Positions 1 through 13,800 of a DNA stretch of 64,000 bases are shown here, one piece after another. The stretch comes from Takakia lepidozioides (taxonomy: Eukaryota; Plantae; Bryophyta): contig CM060731.1 of assembly GCA_030704615.1 (NCBI GenBank), positions 59,086,001-59,150,000 of the forward strand, written 5' to 3'. The translations under genes and the position numbers were made by a program. The notes beneath the pieces were generated by a model. It saw only the letters and a program-made list of their open reading frames with translations, was not told where the DNA came from and made no database searches. The number at the start of each line of letters is the position of its first letter. The first letter of the stretch is position 1.

Positions 1-1065
1 TATTGTGTGAAGTTGTTATGACCTCTCAGAGAAGATGTTTTAGCACTCGGTTTTGGCAGGTCTGACAGTCCTACCATGTGTTTACCATGTAAAATTTCCT
101 ACTCTGGTATTTGCAGGGAGGAGGTGATGATGAGGAAGAGTAGCAGGCTGGTCAGCAAACAAGAGCAAAATCAACTAGTTAGTAACTGGGTACATCCTCC
201 CAGAAACTATGGAACATGTACATCTATGTTGATCTGGATATTCCTAGTCCTCACACACTCTTATAAGGCCCACCCCTGAAAAGGGGCTTTAAGCAGATGT
301 GGGCTCTTAGTTACGCTGGCTGTGGCCAGTCTCCTCTTTTGAATGGGTATTGAACTCCTTGGTAGGTTTTCCCCCCGTACTTTGCTCAGTAAATCACTGG
401 ATGCCAAACTTTGTTTTCCCTTCTCTCAAGTTGGTTTTACTATAACTTCGCTCAGTCTCGTGTCAAATTCCAATTCTGAGGGCAGAATTAGAGCTTACCA
501 CCACTGTTTCCCAGGAGGCTAATGCCATGTTTTGCAAAAAGAACCTCAATATACTCATTCCACATCAAATCTAGGCCTGAAAGAGGCATGTCATTGCCTT
601 ATCAGGCTGCCATCTTTAAAAAAAACCAGGCCTCCTCTTCCTTAGAACTTATCAGCCACTGATGCCTTTACCCTTAAACGATCATTCCTCTTTTAAGGCC
701 AAAATTGTATAAGTCTGAAAATCCACAGGCAATGCTGTCAAAGATTCAAGACAGGGTAAGATTCAGATGGGGGATGCTGAAGCGTGAGCACGTGAGCGCG
801 TGAGCGCAGCCACGCTCACGCCACATCAGCAGTTCTTGCCACCTAGGCGGCCGCATCTGACTCCATGTCATCACACCCTGCCAGCTTGGTAGATGCCACG
901 TCACGGCAGGTTGACGTCATTTCCATAGGCAGCGACCTATAACCGAGGGCCGAAAAGGTGGAAGGGGGTCCATAGCCGCGGAATTGCGCATTCGGCTCAA
1001 AGGGAACATATGTGGGCGATGTTGTTGAATGATTATGTTTGCAGAGACCGTATATACAATGGTTG

Positions 1066-1200
1066 TGGATGAATTCATGAGGATGATAGACAGTGAATGT
1101 GGATGCCACGTTGCGAATGAGGATGGATGTGGATGAGTAGTTATGGATGAATGTGGATGAAATCCAATGGATGAATGAGAGAGGATGAATGAGCAATGAG
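1066..1200 (+). repeat. GGATGA(A)-rich short-motif tract
   Basis: Many GTGGATGA/GGATGAA motifs. Similar tracts occur at 29957-30040 and, inverted, at 38830-38915. Confidence 0.7.
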
Positions 1201-1793
1201 AGAATCCCTCATGAAGCACATGATAAGATTTAACCAATGTCTGCCATATGGGGAAAGGTCGACCTATGAAACCTATGTAGAATAAGACAACACAGCAGAT
1301 GCCAGGCACATATTCCATTCTTTGATATTTTCCCACTGGTTACTGGAGCATTTTCCATGTGCAGCACGCTTCACTTTTGTTTTAATCTTCAGTGTCGACA
1401 CCTAGTGAGCCATTTGAGTACCACACTGGAGGAATGCACCATATCTCCACACTGAAGTGGCTGTGGACTATCAATGCGACCTAGCCGCCTTGCTAGTGAG
1501 GTACAATGTGCTAATATCTGTCGATAGAGCACCAACATTTTCAAGCTTATTCATTAGTTGTAAGCATACCCATTAAAGTTGTGCATGAGGAGTTCGAGGT
1601 CTTTCACATTGTGGAACAATATCATGACGAAACCACTTGGCAGCACATGCATACTCTTCTTGTTTTACCCATAACCAATTGTAGGCATCAGTGTCGTGCC
1701 CTTCATCTAGCGCTGAAGCCAATAGTGCATACATAATGCAGCCATAAGGCTTGCACCTAAAACGTGTGCTCAAAATGACTAAGTGAAGACATA

Positions 1794-3743
1794 ATGTACA
1801 CTGCAGCAATCCTCAGGGATTACGGTAGACATCACCTCAAAGACTGCTGCTGGTATCTCAACATACCAAAATCAGATTGCCCATGGTATGAGTTGCAGAC
1901 ACGGAACCAGAACGACAATGCCAAGTCCTTGGCTCCTCTAACAGACAGGGAACTGCATGACAGAAACCTACGAAACCTCGCTGAGAAGGAACCTGCAGCC
2001 ACACACACTCCGGCGAGAGGGAAGGGGAAGGGAAAGGGCACAAAGGACAAAGGGAAGGAGAAGAGCACCCAAGGGGATGCTGCAGCAGTTGTAGGTTCCG
2101 AGACCCCAATTGCAACCAAGGATCGCAAACGCAAGGGGAAGTTTGAGCCATACGACGCAGTGGAACACCCATCCCGAATCAACCGAGAATGCAGATGCGA
2201 GCTTGTAAACGACTCCTCCCTTGCCATGATGGAGACAGGAAAGGTGGTTACAGTAGAGATCCCTCTCCAACGTGGGTTAAGATGATTGCTTTTCTGGAGT
2301 CGGTAAGCAAATCTCTCATCTTCACTGCTGTAAAATTCCCACCTTTACTGTTGCATATTTCCCATCTTCGATATGGTTTTCAATTTTGGTCGGCGCTGTT
2401 TGCAGGTTTCGTCGGGGCGGGATTGGGTGAATGGTGCTCAGAAACCGTGTGCTGCAGACATGGTGATTGTTGACATTCCAGACGGGCAGGCGGTACCAGA
2501 CATTCTCCTCACTGGCACTTGCCCAACCTGGAATGCATTTGACGAAAGGTACTGGCGGTGGGTCTTCTCTTTTTGCAAATTCTTTCTGTCGGATGGAGGG
2601 GTTCTGGTTATGATTCAGTCCGTCACTACAAAATGTCGTCAGGAGATTTCAAGCTATCTGAAGGCCTCGGGGACGAAGATCATCAAAACGTGGAATGGTG
2701 TGAACAGCCTGTACCTGACAAAGGGTGATTGTCCAGGACAAATGGTAATCCTCCTTCCCTTTCCTTTTTCAATTTGTGTGCAATTCCGGAGGGGGGAAAT
2801 CGTTGTCATCTTTGTGGGATTTTGAATCATTTCTTATGTCATTCGTGATGTCTTTTTGAGCAGACCCGCCTTTTTGAAGCCGTGTGCCTCATCAGGATTC
2901 GCCCGCCTTCCACTCTTGCATCAGTGAAGGAATTCAGGCTTCATGGGGGAGGTTGTTTTATCAACGACAGGTTTGATCCTGTGGTAGATGACATTCACTA
3001 CAACTACGTCGATTCTAATGTGTGCTTGAGAAAGTCAAATTCCACACCATGGAGAGGGGCGAAGGAGAAGAGCCCAGCTTTTATTCAGACAATTATAGAG
3101 ACATGCTCTCATCCGGGGTCGCGCATCGTGGAGTCACTCTTGGGACAGGTTAGACCCCCATCATTCTCTGTTGTTCTCTTCTTGTTGCAGATATTGTTAT
3201 ATCTTGCTAACAGTATAGCGTCTTGCAGGAGCTTCGTACCATGCTTGCAAGGCGGGGGGCAGGCATTTGTTTGGTATGGAAGGGGATGCGGATATTTTCA
3301 ATGACATCATTGCAGGCTTGCAAGGGCCAGCCTCTGCCGTCCAGGAACAGGAGGGTACAGTGCATGTGGATAACAACGAAGTGGATGAGAAAGACCTGGA
3401 CGACGATTTCGCATGTGAGTAAGTTGAAATTGTGTGTGAATCTTAGTTCTCGAACACAACCCCCCACCATTCCTTTTTCTTCTATGTTCGCTAATGCATT
3501 GCGTTCACGTTGGTTTTCAGGATATTGGAAGCTATCCCTTTGCACAACGTCAGTGTTTTTCAGTCTGACTTCTGGTGCAGCCCTCCACGTTCGTACATCC
3601 TGCCAGAGTACGCTGAGGCCATTGCTCGACAGCAGTTGATGAACAAATCTCCCTCGTGTGCTCGGAAGCAGAAAAGGCACATAGGAGCTTGGGTTTTCGT
3701 GTCTGATAGTGCCACAATTTTGGGGGATAGTTGTAGTGATTGA
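1794..3743 (+). pseudogene. Spliced beta-class amino-DNA methyltransferase-like gene (C-terminal half of the ParB-MTase gene), 5'-truncated and frameshifted near 2260
   Basis: Approximate exons 1794-2302, 2407-2743, 2864-3149, 3229-3414 and 3521-3743 with GT-AG introns. Motifs in beta order: ADMVIVDIPDG (motif IV-like), FLSDGGVLVM, then EKSPAFIQTIIETCSHPGSRIVESLLGTGASYHACKAGGRHLFGMEGD (motifs X-I-II-III). Confidence 0.75.
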
Positions 3744-3798
3744 GACCATGCGTCAATGTTGTCCGGTTTTGGTTCACGGCATATGGCAACTGCCAGAC

Positions 3799-4350
3799 CT
3801 ATTGTGTTCCAACACATTTATCTAATACAATGCCTACACACGCATGTGTGTTCCTAGTAATGTAGTTGAATGCTCGTTCCTCAAGTTCAAGGCTTGTATG
3901 CATTTGCAAATATGACTTCAAGTTTTGCTGTACCTCTTTGACCATGGCCTGGACTCTGGATAGATTGGTTGTAGCAGACCCAACCTTGATTTTCGCTGCT
4001 TTCAAGGGGACCACGATCTCATGTCCTTCACCATTGCTAAAGCGAAGGGAATAGTCTGTCAGGCTGATGGTGGCACCAGCTCCAGTCATCCAGTCAAGGC
4101 CTAGCAGGAATTGTTCCCCAATTGTAACTATGCAGGTCACCACCACCTCTTTCTTGTGAATCCTGATGGGCACAATGATTAATCCCAGAGGCTCATATCT
4201 CAACCCATCAGCAGTCAGAACCTCAATTCCTGAAGCAGGGCATAGCTTAAGACCAAGGACTCTTACTACATTCAGAGGGATGGCAGATATGGTGCATCTT
4301 GTATCAATCACGCAGGGAAAGCTTAGCTCATGGATGTGGCACTGAGCCAT
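3799..4350 (-). pseudogene. Retroviral-type aspartic protease remnant
   Basis: CVIDTRCTISAIP (degenerate DTG motif), VLTADG, and FLLGLDWM (ILGxDW motif). Confidence 0.7.
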
Positions 4351-4439
4351 AAGGGGACTGATCTGCTAGTTAGCAGCCCTTCTGCTGAGAGGACCAGAAG
4401 GGGAAGAACCACCAGCAGCTTTCATGTTCTTGATCAGCT

Positions 4440-6267
4440 CTGGTAACCCTGCCCTGTCTGGACAATGCTTAGTCCATTGCTCAAAAGACCCACAGATGTA
4501 ACATGCAGCATGATTACCTTCATATGCTTGCCTAGTTGGGTGCGACCCCTATTATTGCCACTTGTAGGCCCTTGTGCTTGGCGAGGCTGCCCGCTGTTGG
4601 TGAGCTTGCATTGCTGCAAATTGAGTGGCTACAGACTCACTAAGACTGCCTACTATGTTGGCCAATCCTTGAAGGGTGAAGTCATCTGTCTTGCAATGCA
4701 TAGCAAGAGGAACATAAGGCACAGATGTTCCAGCCATGTCAAGCTCGGAGCCCATTGGAGCTTGAAACTTGGCATGATGTTGCGTTGATTTGCTGTCAGC
4801 CAAGTCTGCCATCTTAAGGTTAATTTCTACTAACATAGTTTTGTCATTGACAAAATGACGACGCCGAGCCCAATTTTTGAATAGCAGGGGGCAAGCCAAG
4901 GAGAAAATACCTTTTGACCATGCGATCTCTCTTTGCTGGGTCAATGATGTTCTCAACAGCAGCAGACTTGATGTCCATGTAAAATGGCCACAGGGATTCC
5001 CTAGGCTAGTAAGTCCTGGAAGAGAGCTTAGCAAAGCAGTCCAGAGGTCTTCCAGGAGGCTTGAACAAGGTCTTAGCCCATTCTATAAGGGTCGCCCAAT
5101 TGAGGCTGGGATCATCCATGACTGCTGCATGCAGCAAGTCCCGAGCTGACCCCTTCATGCTCATCCTAAAGATGGCCATCTTGAAGTTCTCAAGCACTCC
5201 ATTTACGCTAGCAATGACTTCAAACATTTGAAGCTACCTATCAAAGTCTCCCCCCATAGTATACTCTGGATAGGGTTGAGTGGTGAGTTGAGGGATTAGA
5301 TGACAAGACAGATTGTGGTTTATGTGCCCAAGAAGAACAGATGCATGAGCAACGCAGCAGGGAATAATGGCCTGAGTAGGAACAGAAGAGGTACTGGCTG
5401 GTCCCATACTAGAGGATGGCAGACTTGCATGTGGTGCCCGCATGCCCATGGGAAGGGCATGTGACACCACATTTGACTGAGCAGCTGGGAAAACTGACTG
5501 TAGGTGGGGCTGTGGCACACCACTCATGGGAGGAGTGGATGTCACTCCCACCATAGGAGCTGTTCTAGAGCTTAAATTGCTAGCATGAACATGGACTGTA
5601 TTGACATTGCTAGCATGTGTATCCATAACCTGATTAGCTGCAGTCCGTGGCAATCCCCCCATCTGTTGAATAGGAAGAGTTCCCACACGACGTGCATGAC
5701 CAACAGACGAGGTGGAGGGCACTGATGCTATTGCCCCCCCACCCGCAACAAGACTGGAGACATTCAACAAAGGGACAACACTCAGATGCAAACTTGAATT
5801 CAAAGAGTCCCTCCCCCGAGAATGGGATTAGGGAGGCTAATCACAGGCACATGCATCGGACTCGTTACTGGGGCCGGCATACCGCTCATAGTAGCCCAAA
5901 CATCCGAACCAGACCTGTCTACCCCCTGAACATGAACAGGATGGGAGGGCAGACCGTTCAATTCCTGAGCCAACATAGGCTCGGTTCGTCTAGCCACCAT
6001 GGCTTCATCACTTTGAACATAAACAGAGAGACCCTCGGTGTTGGCTATCCCAGAACCCTCACCTACCAATGCAATACCAGTAGGGGACTCTACAACTGCT
6101 CCCAACGTACTATCATTTAAAAATTCATCATCACTCGCCACGAAATTATCTGCCTGCAGGTTATCCGATCCCTCATTCATTTCTATTACACTTTCGGCCA
6201 ACGGCTCCTCTGAACTATTCATGGACCTGTGTCTTCCTGATCTCAACCAAGTCACTTCTAGAATCAC
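4440..6267 (-). pseudogene. gag-like polyprotein remnant (frameshifted)
   Basis: Consecutive minus-strand ORF pieces 5800-6267, 5234-5803, 5006-5227 and 4552-5034, ending in a knuckle-like motif directly upstream of the protease. Confidence 0.5.
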
Positions 6268-8399
6268 CTAGCATGCAAGAAACGAAAGTAGATTGGAAGT
6301 TTAACCTTTAAGTAGCAAGAATATGGAGAGTGGGCCGAGCGCTTGGCGAGCTGTCCTCTGGAACCCAAGTGGAACAATATACCACCTTCAGCACCTTGTG
6401 TGACTGCAACTTGTAGACTCCCAATGCTAGCCACTCCCATTAGCTCCCTTAAGCCAAAAATCAACGCGGGTTGTGTCACCCTCTTTCCATGTGCGCGAAA
6501 GCACAACCGAATTTGAATAGTCACTAAATCTCTCAAACGCACTCGGGCGAACCACTCGCTGTGAAGCAAAGGTAGTACCCATATCCAAGACTACTAGATC
6601 AGACGACTGCACTGTCAAGGCCCCACCCTTGAGACCATCAACCAACTGTGAATAAGTAGGCGCCAAGGCATAGGGCCGGAGCTGAAACCGTAGTGCCCTC
6701 AAGATCAAAGCCCCCGTGCCTTGTAACATTAACGACAACCAACTTCGCCTTACCACACCAGGGCCATGATGAAGCTCCACACTTCGAACACCAGAGAGAG
6801 GTAAATACAAACCAACTTCTAATTAGGTCAATTCGCGATGGTGCAGAAAACACGACTTAATCGTTCTGGACGACAAACGTTCTTCGTTGCGTAACTCGAA
6901 TTCTCTCCCAGCAAGCAGTCTGGCTCTAGACACCACCACACCAGGCTCAAGCAAAGGTCTCGTGAACAGGGCCTCATGATGACTGGTTAACGCAGCAAGG
7001 TCACCCACGACAGCTCTTTCTATACGCTAAAACCAAAGTTGATCCTCGTCACATATGTCACACAACAGATCATCTACTTCCTGCAACAACTCGATATCCC
7101 TCTCTAACTCTGCTGCCTGTTGCCTATTCTCGAAATATTCAGGTCGAGGATCAACAAAGTTGTCAAAATTATAGTATCCCGGATCACAACTATCTAGAGA
7201 GCTATCAGATTTCTCAAACCTTGGCGACCACGCCTTTGCCTCATCTAAATTGTCATAATCACTACCACCAGGAGAACCCAATAAAACAAGAAGGGTTGAA
7301 ACACAAGTAGTTGGTTCAAGGAGAGGCGACGCTGGCAAGGCAACACTGTCGGACCGCGCGCCGTTGGCCGTGTTAGCAACAGCAAGAACGTCGGCAGAGT
7401 GAGAAACGACAAGGTTGGTTTCAACAACAGGAGGAGCAACAGGAACGACACCAGCAGAACAAGGAGTGACAACAGGGTTAGTTTCCACACTAGGATTAGT
7501 TTCAACAACGAGTTCCACACTAATATAAAGAAACAGGCTCTCCCCTTCTCTACGAGCTACACAAGACAAGTCACGAACAGTAGCCATTCCCTGCAACCAC
7601 ACCCCAACACGCAATGTGAGACGGTGATATCACAACAGCAGGAGAAAATACGGCAAGGCGAGGAGCCGCCGTTGATAACATGCATTAGCAAACCACTTAG
7701 GCAGCAGGATGTAGAGCAGATCCCGCGAGAAAGACCTAACTAACCCTGACAGCGCGGGCAAGATCCACCAACGCTTATGGTACCCGGCTTCTCTCCACCT
7801 AAAACAAGCCTGAAGCATATACTCATTTCCTCTCAAGAAGTAGGGTTTCACAACAAAGGGGCAAACGGAAAGAGCAGGCAACGCGCAAGAGGAGGATCAA
7901 ACACACGGATCTGACACAAAGCAGCTCTCATCCAAAGCTTGTACACCAAAATCACATATACACTAACACACGAGTACACCGCCCTGACCTTGTGTCAGGG
8001 CGCCGTCTTTATACAAAAGCCCTAGCTTTAGCGAGGCGTCACAAGCCAAAACCCACGGCGGCGCTTTGTTACCCTAGATCTGATGAAGGGCCAGGATCGA
8101 GCCACCAGCCAAAACTAACCCTAACCTAGATATCATTCTAACGGTTTAACGGCTTTATACGCCAAAAAATTATACTATGGATGTGTATCGCCTGGATGAA
8201 ACGGGTCATTTCTAGGCGAAGCAAATATGGGGCTTTACAGGCGCAACACGCTGTGACTGGAATCTAGCTATAGTAGCATTTCCGCCTGAGCTAGCTCGTC
8301 CAGAACTGGGAGCTGGACCCATGACAAATGGACATGTCTGCTGAACTTACTACTAAATACCACAGCTGGTGGTTGAGGATTTCAGGATCATAAGACGAG

Positions 8400-9340
8400 T
8401 GGGAAAAGAAGTTTTGCCTTCTTTGTATCTCATGAATCTGACATTAGCAGACACCTCTCATACAATGAACGTAGCCAATAAATACACCCGGGTCGTCGCA
8501 GTTGGTGCATAGCCCCTCATCTCCATCTCTCTCAAGACCTCCATGGCTTTGGCCTTCCTACCTTCTTTGCAATAGAGCTGGATCAGTGTGTTGTAGACAT
8601 CAGGGTGGGAGACACCCCTGCATCCTTAATATGACGGTAGAGCTTCACAGCTTTCCATAAATGTCCCAATTTTCCACACAAATTCACCATCACGCGGTAG
8701 GCAACAAGGTCTGGCTTGCACCCTGCCTCCTCCATCTCCTCCCCGATTGGGCTTGTTTTGGGGAAACTTCATATGTGTCATAAAATTGTAAGTGACCAGA
8801 TCTGAGAGCAAACCAGTCTTTTTCATCAATTTTGGCGTTTCAGTGGCCTTGTCAACTCTCCCCCTCATCCCAAAGAGAGCAACCATGGCAGTGAATGTGT
8901 TGACATCTGGCAGAGGCCCAAGTCGTTGCATGTCCTGGAATACAACCTCAGTTCTCGAGAAGACCACACTTGCCATACACCAGAACAGCGTTATGCAATA
9001 TTCTGGTTAGAGGTACAAGTGCAGACAGATCATCAACTGCTGTCTTCACATTCTGCAACTGCCCACCACTCGCATAAGCATGCCACAAAGAAGCATACGC
9101 AACATCGTTCAGTTCGACAAACTGCTATTTTTTAGCTCTTCTAGTACTAACTCAGCTTGCTCCCATTGCCCCTCCCTTGCGAGGGCAGCCAGTAAAGCTC
9201 TGTCTGGACTACACCCAGCCCTCAGCATTCCCTTGTAGATTCCCATAGCCTGCTGTGATGAGCCAGATCTCCCCGAGGCATCAATTAGGGCGTTGAATAT
9301 CGCCCTCTCTGGCTCACATCCTGCCTTTTTCATGTCCTGG
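8400..9340 (-). pseudogene. P-class pentatricopeptide repeat (PPR) pseudogene
   Basis: PPR motifs such as MKKAGCEPERAIFNALIDASGRSGSSQQAMGIYKGMLRAGCSPD and PDVNTFTAMVALFGMRGRVDKA, split across frames by stops and indels. Confidence 0.8.
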
Positions 9341-10875
9341 ATTGACTTGCAAAATCAGCTTTGACAGATTCTGTTTCTCTCCATGCAGGGCAATTGATGC
9401 GATGCTTTACAGTGTCGTTGCATAGTAAGAGATGATGCTTCAGGTTCCAAATTGATAAGGGGGCCCTGCTTGCCGAGCCCACCAAAGGTTATATATATAT
9501 GAGGCATGTGCATTGGCCAATGTTTGAATGAGACCCCTAACTTAAGTTAAATTGAGGCCCGGGTGAATGATGTGGCAAGAGAGCCATTTCAGTAGATTAT
9601 GAGGGTGATTGTGTCTCTTCAATTCCCAAATTCCCCAATCATAGAATACCAGGTGGCAAGGGTCCACCAACCTTACAGCACTCTCTAACCCGAACTACAT
9701 CATGTGCTAACCATCCCTGCTTGACCAAGGGGAGGTGATGCTGATGTGATCTGTATACAAAGTTCAACGTCAGGGATGGTTAGGACGTGTAATACATTGA
9801 AGCACCGAGGCACTGATGAGAGACAAAGAGAGGCTCTGCAGACTACCAAGGTTCCTGAAAGCAAGTACCAAAAGCTACCACCATAGCCAGCAAGGCTAAT
9901 GTTGCAGGTGACTAGTGACTACCCTGCTCCTAAGCAGGCTTTTGCAGCAATTTAAAAAAGAACTTGCACACAAATGAATGAACAATTTTTCTGACCATAG
10001 TCAATGCCGCAGCTGCAGTACTGATACCGTAGTCTAGGAAAAAGCGAGACCCCCTGAATGGTGAACTTATATGACTACTGCAACACCTGGCTTTACTCTT
10101 AACTAGACATGCAAGGCAGCTGAGACATTTTGCAAATTTGAACCAAAACCCTTACTATCCTGCCAACGTTGAGTAAAAAACATTCACATCCCTCAATTAC
10201 AATAGCCATGTATCCGAAACTAGTTCCCGCAATGCCCAATTAAAAATCAATGATGTCGTCCACCAATTTTTAGACATGAAATGCAGGGTTAAAGAGGTAC
10301 TGAATAATGCTGAGATATTAGCAGATATTGTTTGACAGCTTCAGTAGTGTATAGGCAGCAGATTGCTTTAGGCATTCAGTGGACTTCATTGAATCATTGT
10401 ACCCATGCTGCATGCACACACAGACAGTGTAGCCCACTGTAAATGCCAATCGGCCTGACCTAGAGAAGGCCCTTCCACTATATTGCAGAATAGGTCCACA
10501 TGAGTTCAGGTGGATCCACTCAAAAAATGCACAAATGGACGTATTGAGTACTCTCACCCCAAAAGTGTTGAGTATCGCTGAAAACCACTCGTAGTGTTGA
10601 AGGACCACAAGACCCAACCTACAATTACAAGGGCCTCAGCATACAGCCATGATGACGTTTGTTTGCTCACTTGTCCTGTACGTCACCCCTTCACCACTTG
10701 GATACATCAATTAAGGCAAATTAAAGGCCTGTAACTGGAAGAATCTGTATGGATTCTGTTCAAGAGTGAAACAGAACACAGCCCCTCCTGCATGCTCAGA
10801 CTCGCCTTCTCCATTTTACTGTTCCTCAGCCCGCACCTTCCAATGAGAAATGACAGAAAAGATGAGAAATTGCCA

Positions 10876-13800
10876 TCAAAGAGTATAGGTGGAGCCTTTG
10901 GGCATCATGTCCAAATGCATTAATGCTGTAGCAGCCGCCTTCCGCGCTTCTGTTGTTCCAATCGTCATTGTTGTACATAGACTAGACTTTGCCACAGCCG
11001 AATATTTCTCTTCTCTGTACTTTTGAAATCTGAAAATACGCTCCAGCATTCGCACGCCCTTCTCGGTGGAGTTCTGGCTCCGGCCAATAAGTGAAACAAC
11101 AGGCTCTAATACATTGTTTTTCATTAAGAAGTCAACCCCCTTCTCCATATTCTCTGGGGGATCAACAAGAGTAAGAAGGGCTTCTACAGAGCACTCCACA
11201 CCGCGGTGCCCACCATCTCTCACTAGCCTGATAAGAACTGGAATTGCCCCGGACTCCACTAGGCATAGAGTTCCCCGCTGGCTGCATTTCCCTATATGTA
11301 CCTTACAACACTTGTACCTGCAGTTGCCATACCCATGAAAGATATCAACTCCCTGTCCCACTCTACTACTGAAGAATCTTTCCTGTCCCTCTCCTTCATA
11401 TGACCAAACAGAACACATCAGTAGCAACAGAGCCTCATGTTCAGAGTTGAAAGACCTGCTTCCTGGCAAGTAAAGCCTGAAGATGCCAAGTTTTACCAAT
11501 TTTCATGAGGGAACGATGGAGGGATTGGAAAGTTGTCAAATATCTTTGAAAAACCAGACTTGCAATGCTAAGGGTGCTGTGCCTTCTGTGCTTTGGGTGA
11601 GTTGAATCTTCATGGTCCTACAACCACCTAGTCAGTGGACAGTAGGGCATTCCCAAGATTCAATTGAGCCTATACTGTGTCACTCGGTGTTTACCCCTTG
11701 CCTGACTATTCTGCCACAAATCTGATCGTCACCAATTCCCAAGATCTCCACTATCTAAATCTCTGAAGCTGATGATCAGTTGAGAAGCAACCTACTGACA
11801 AGAAATAGTGTAGTTTTGTAAGTGACATCTAAAGTCCTGCTTACCAGGACAATCCAATGCTTCACAATGATCCTCGCTTGCACCTTATCTCTGCCACAGT
11901 GGGTTGTTAAAGCTCAACCTACATGCAAACAAAGCAGTTCTGTCTTACTGACAGAGGAGTGTGTACCTCTGGATACCAAGCTTTGCTAGCAGTGTCTTGA
12001 TAGCTGATTGCCGCACTGTCAGCTGTGGAGTACTCATAGAGAGGAGACCCAATGTGAGTGCGGCATGCTGCCTAGCCTTCTCAGTTCCCCAACTCAAGAG
12101 GTTCACCATTGGTGGAATCATGCCGAGCCGTGCTAGTGCAAGCTGTGTACCAACTTCCACTTGTCTAGTGTCTGCTAGTTTTGACAGAGTTGCAGCTGCA
12201 AATTCCTGTAGTTGGGAACTTCCAGGCTCCAGACACTTGATTAACATAGTAAATAAGTTATGATCACCTCCCACAAGAGTCTGCACTCGACTGTTCTTTA
12301 TAATCCCCAAAATCGACACTTTCTCCTTGGGCTCAGAAAGCTGTTCGAACAGTCGAATTAAAAATTGCAAATCACTGCGAGATGGTTCTACATTGTCGCG
12401 GGACTCCCCATCCTCAATGATGTGACAGAGAAGGCTGAGAATACTACCCTGACAGGTTGGCGCAATCTGTCCTGATTGAAGAAGAGAGAAGAAGTAGGGC
12501 ACACCTCCTGATTCTCTCACGGTCATCCGCACTGTTCGACTCACTTTCACCATGCACTGAAGGGTTTTTAAAGCATATTCGCGCACCAAAGATTCCCCAT
12601 ATCTCAGCATCCCCAATAACCTTGTAATGGCACCCACTTGATCGATTTCAATTGCACCCTGCCGATCAGTTGCTAAATAAGAGAGGGTTGCCAGAGCCTC
12701 GATCCTGAAGGGAAAGAAACAAGGATCAACTGTAAGTACCTGTGCCATTAGAAAACTGCCATGACATCTGTAGCTAATGATGCGAAGGGTAACAATGCTA
12801 TTGTGAAATCCAACTCCTCCTGGTCCTCCTTCTAGTCCACCTAATAACTTCCTTCCAACAAAGCTGCTAGCAGTTGCCATGCATATCTCCAGTCATCGAG
12901 ATTTTGGAGATCCCAGTCCACAGTGCACTGAAAGACCAGTTACCTGACATCTGTTTCGTCGGATGCCAGGAAGCTGACTAGTACGGGAATAGCACCAGCC
13001 CTGGCTATCGTCACCTTATTCCTGTCAATACCAGAGAGGTGCTTCAGGGCTTTCAGAGCTGCAACTTGGCCACCCATAGTCCCATTTTTCAAGAGATCTA
13101 GCAAAGGGGGAACACCTCCAGTGGACACCAGTTTGGCACTGCCATGTTCGTTGAGGTTAAGATCGACCACTGCCATTGCCATGTGAATCCTAGTCACTAT
13201 GTCCATTCCTGCACCAGTACATCCCAATCGACATCATTTCTAATGTCAACCTTTGGCCCTTTCCTAAAGCTCCTGGAGTGGATGCAACTGCCACGAGGGC
13301 AAGCTTGTCTGGCCCTCCAACCCTCAATGTGTTGCCAAAGAAGCTCTCTTAAATCCACTCTCTTCTTCAGGCCCTCTCTCTGTCTGTCTCACCCCCAGCT
13401 TGCCCAATGCTAGAAGTGGAGACAGAAATCATTTTGCTTTCTCCTGCCTTGTGGGTTATGAGATTAGGGGAAGGTACTACAGAGGATCCTCATGCATGGC
13501 AGAGGCATTTAGTTGTCAAAACCAGTTGCCTGATCACAGCTCTGCATAAGCATGTATTCTGTCCCTTAATACTACCAACGTCAGCCCCTGACAGAGGTAG
13601 GTTCTGTCCCTTTTGTTCCCGCTCAAACTGGGCGCGGGGTCAATGGCCACAAGGCTACGGCAAACAACGTCTTATGAGTACAATCTGTCCCTTAATACTC
13701 TCTGCAGTTCCCCTAATATGCACATGTTTAGTGGTGAAGGACACCATCTCCACATTTTCAAGGATTTTCTGCCATTCTGAAAAGAAAAGAGGGAGTGTAC

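Larger units (their letters stand above)
770..3790. mobile_element. Copy A: internally deleted remnant of the ParB-methyltransferase DNA transposon family
   Basis: A GCGTGAGC/GCTCACGC cluster (about 780-820) is followed by a GGATGA-rich tract, as at the left end of copy B (29746-30040). It carries the 3' half of the same methyltransferase gene. Boundaries are approximate and no TSD was identified. Confidence 0.6.
3799..8326 (-). mobile_element. Decayed LTR-retroelement remnant (LTR-like region, gag and aspartic protease; pol absent)
   Basis: Minus-strand start TGTCATG at 8326 and a TATA-like TATAAA near 8010. Broken gag-like ORFs, zinc-knuckle-like CYICGSFEQWTKHCP near 4460-4505, then a retropepsin-like ORF. 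Confidence 0.55.

Noticed and set aside
1-770. Possible LINE or other TE remnant
   Set aside because: No motif could be recognised with confidence.
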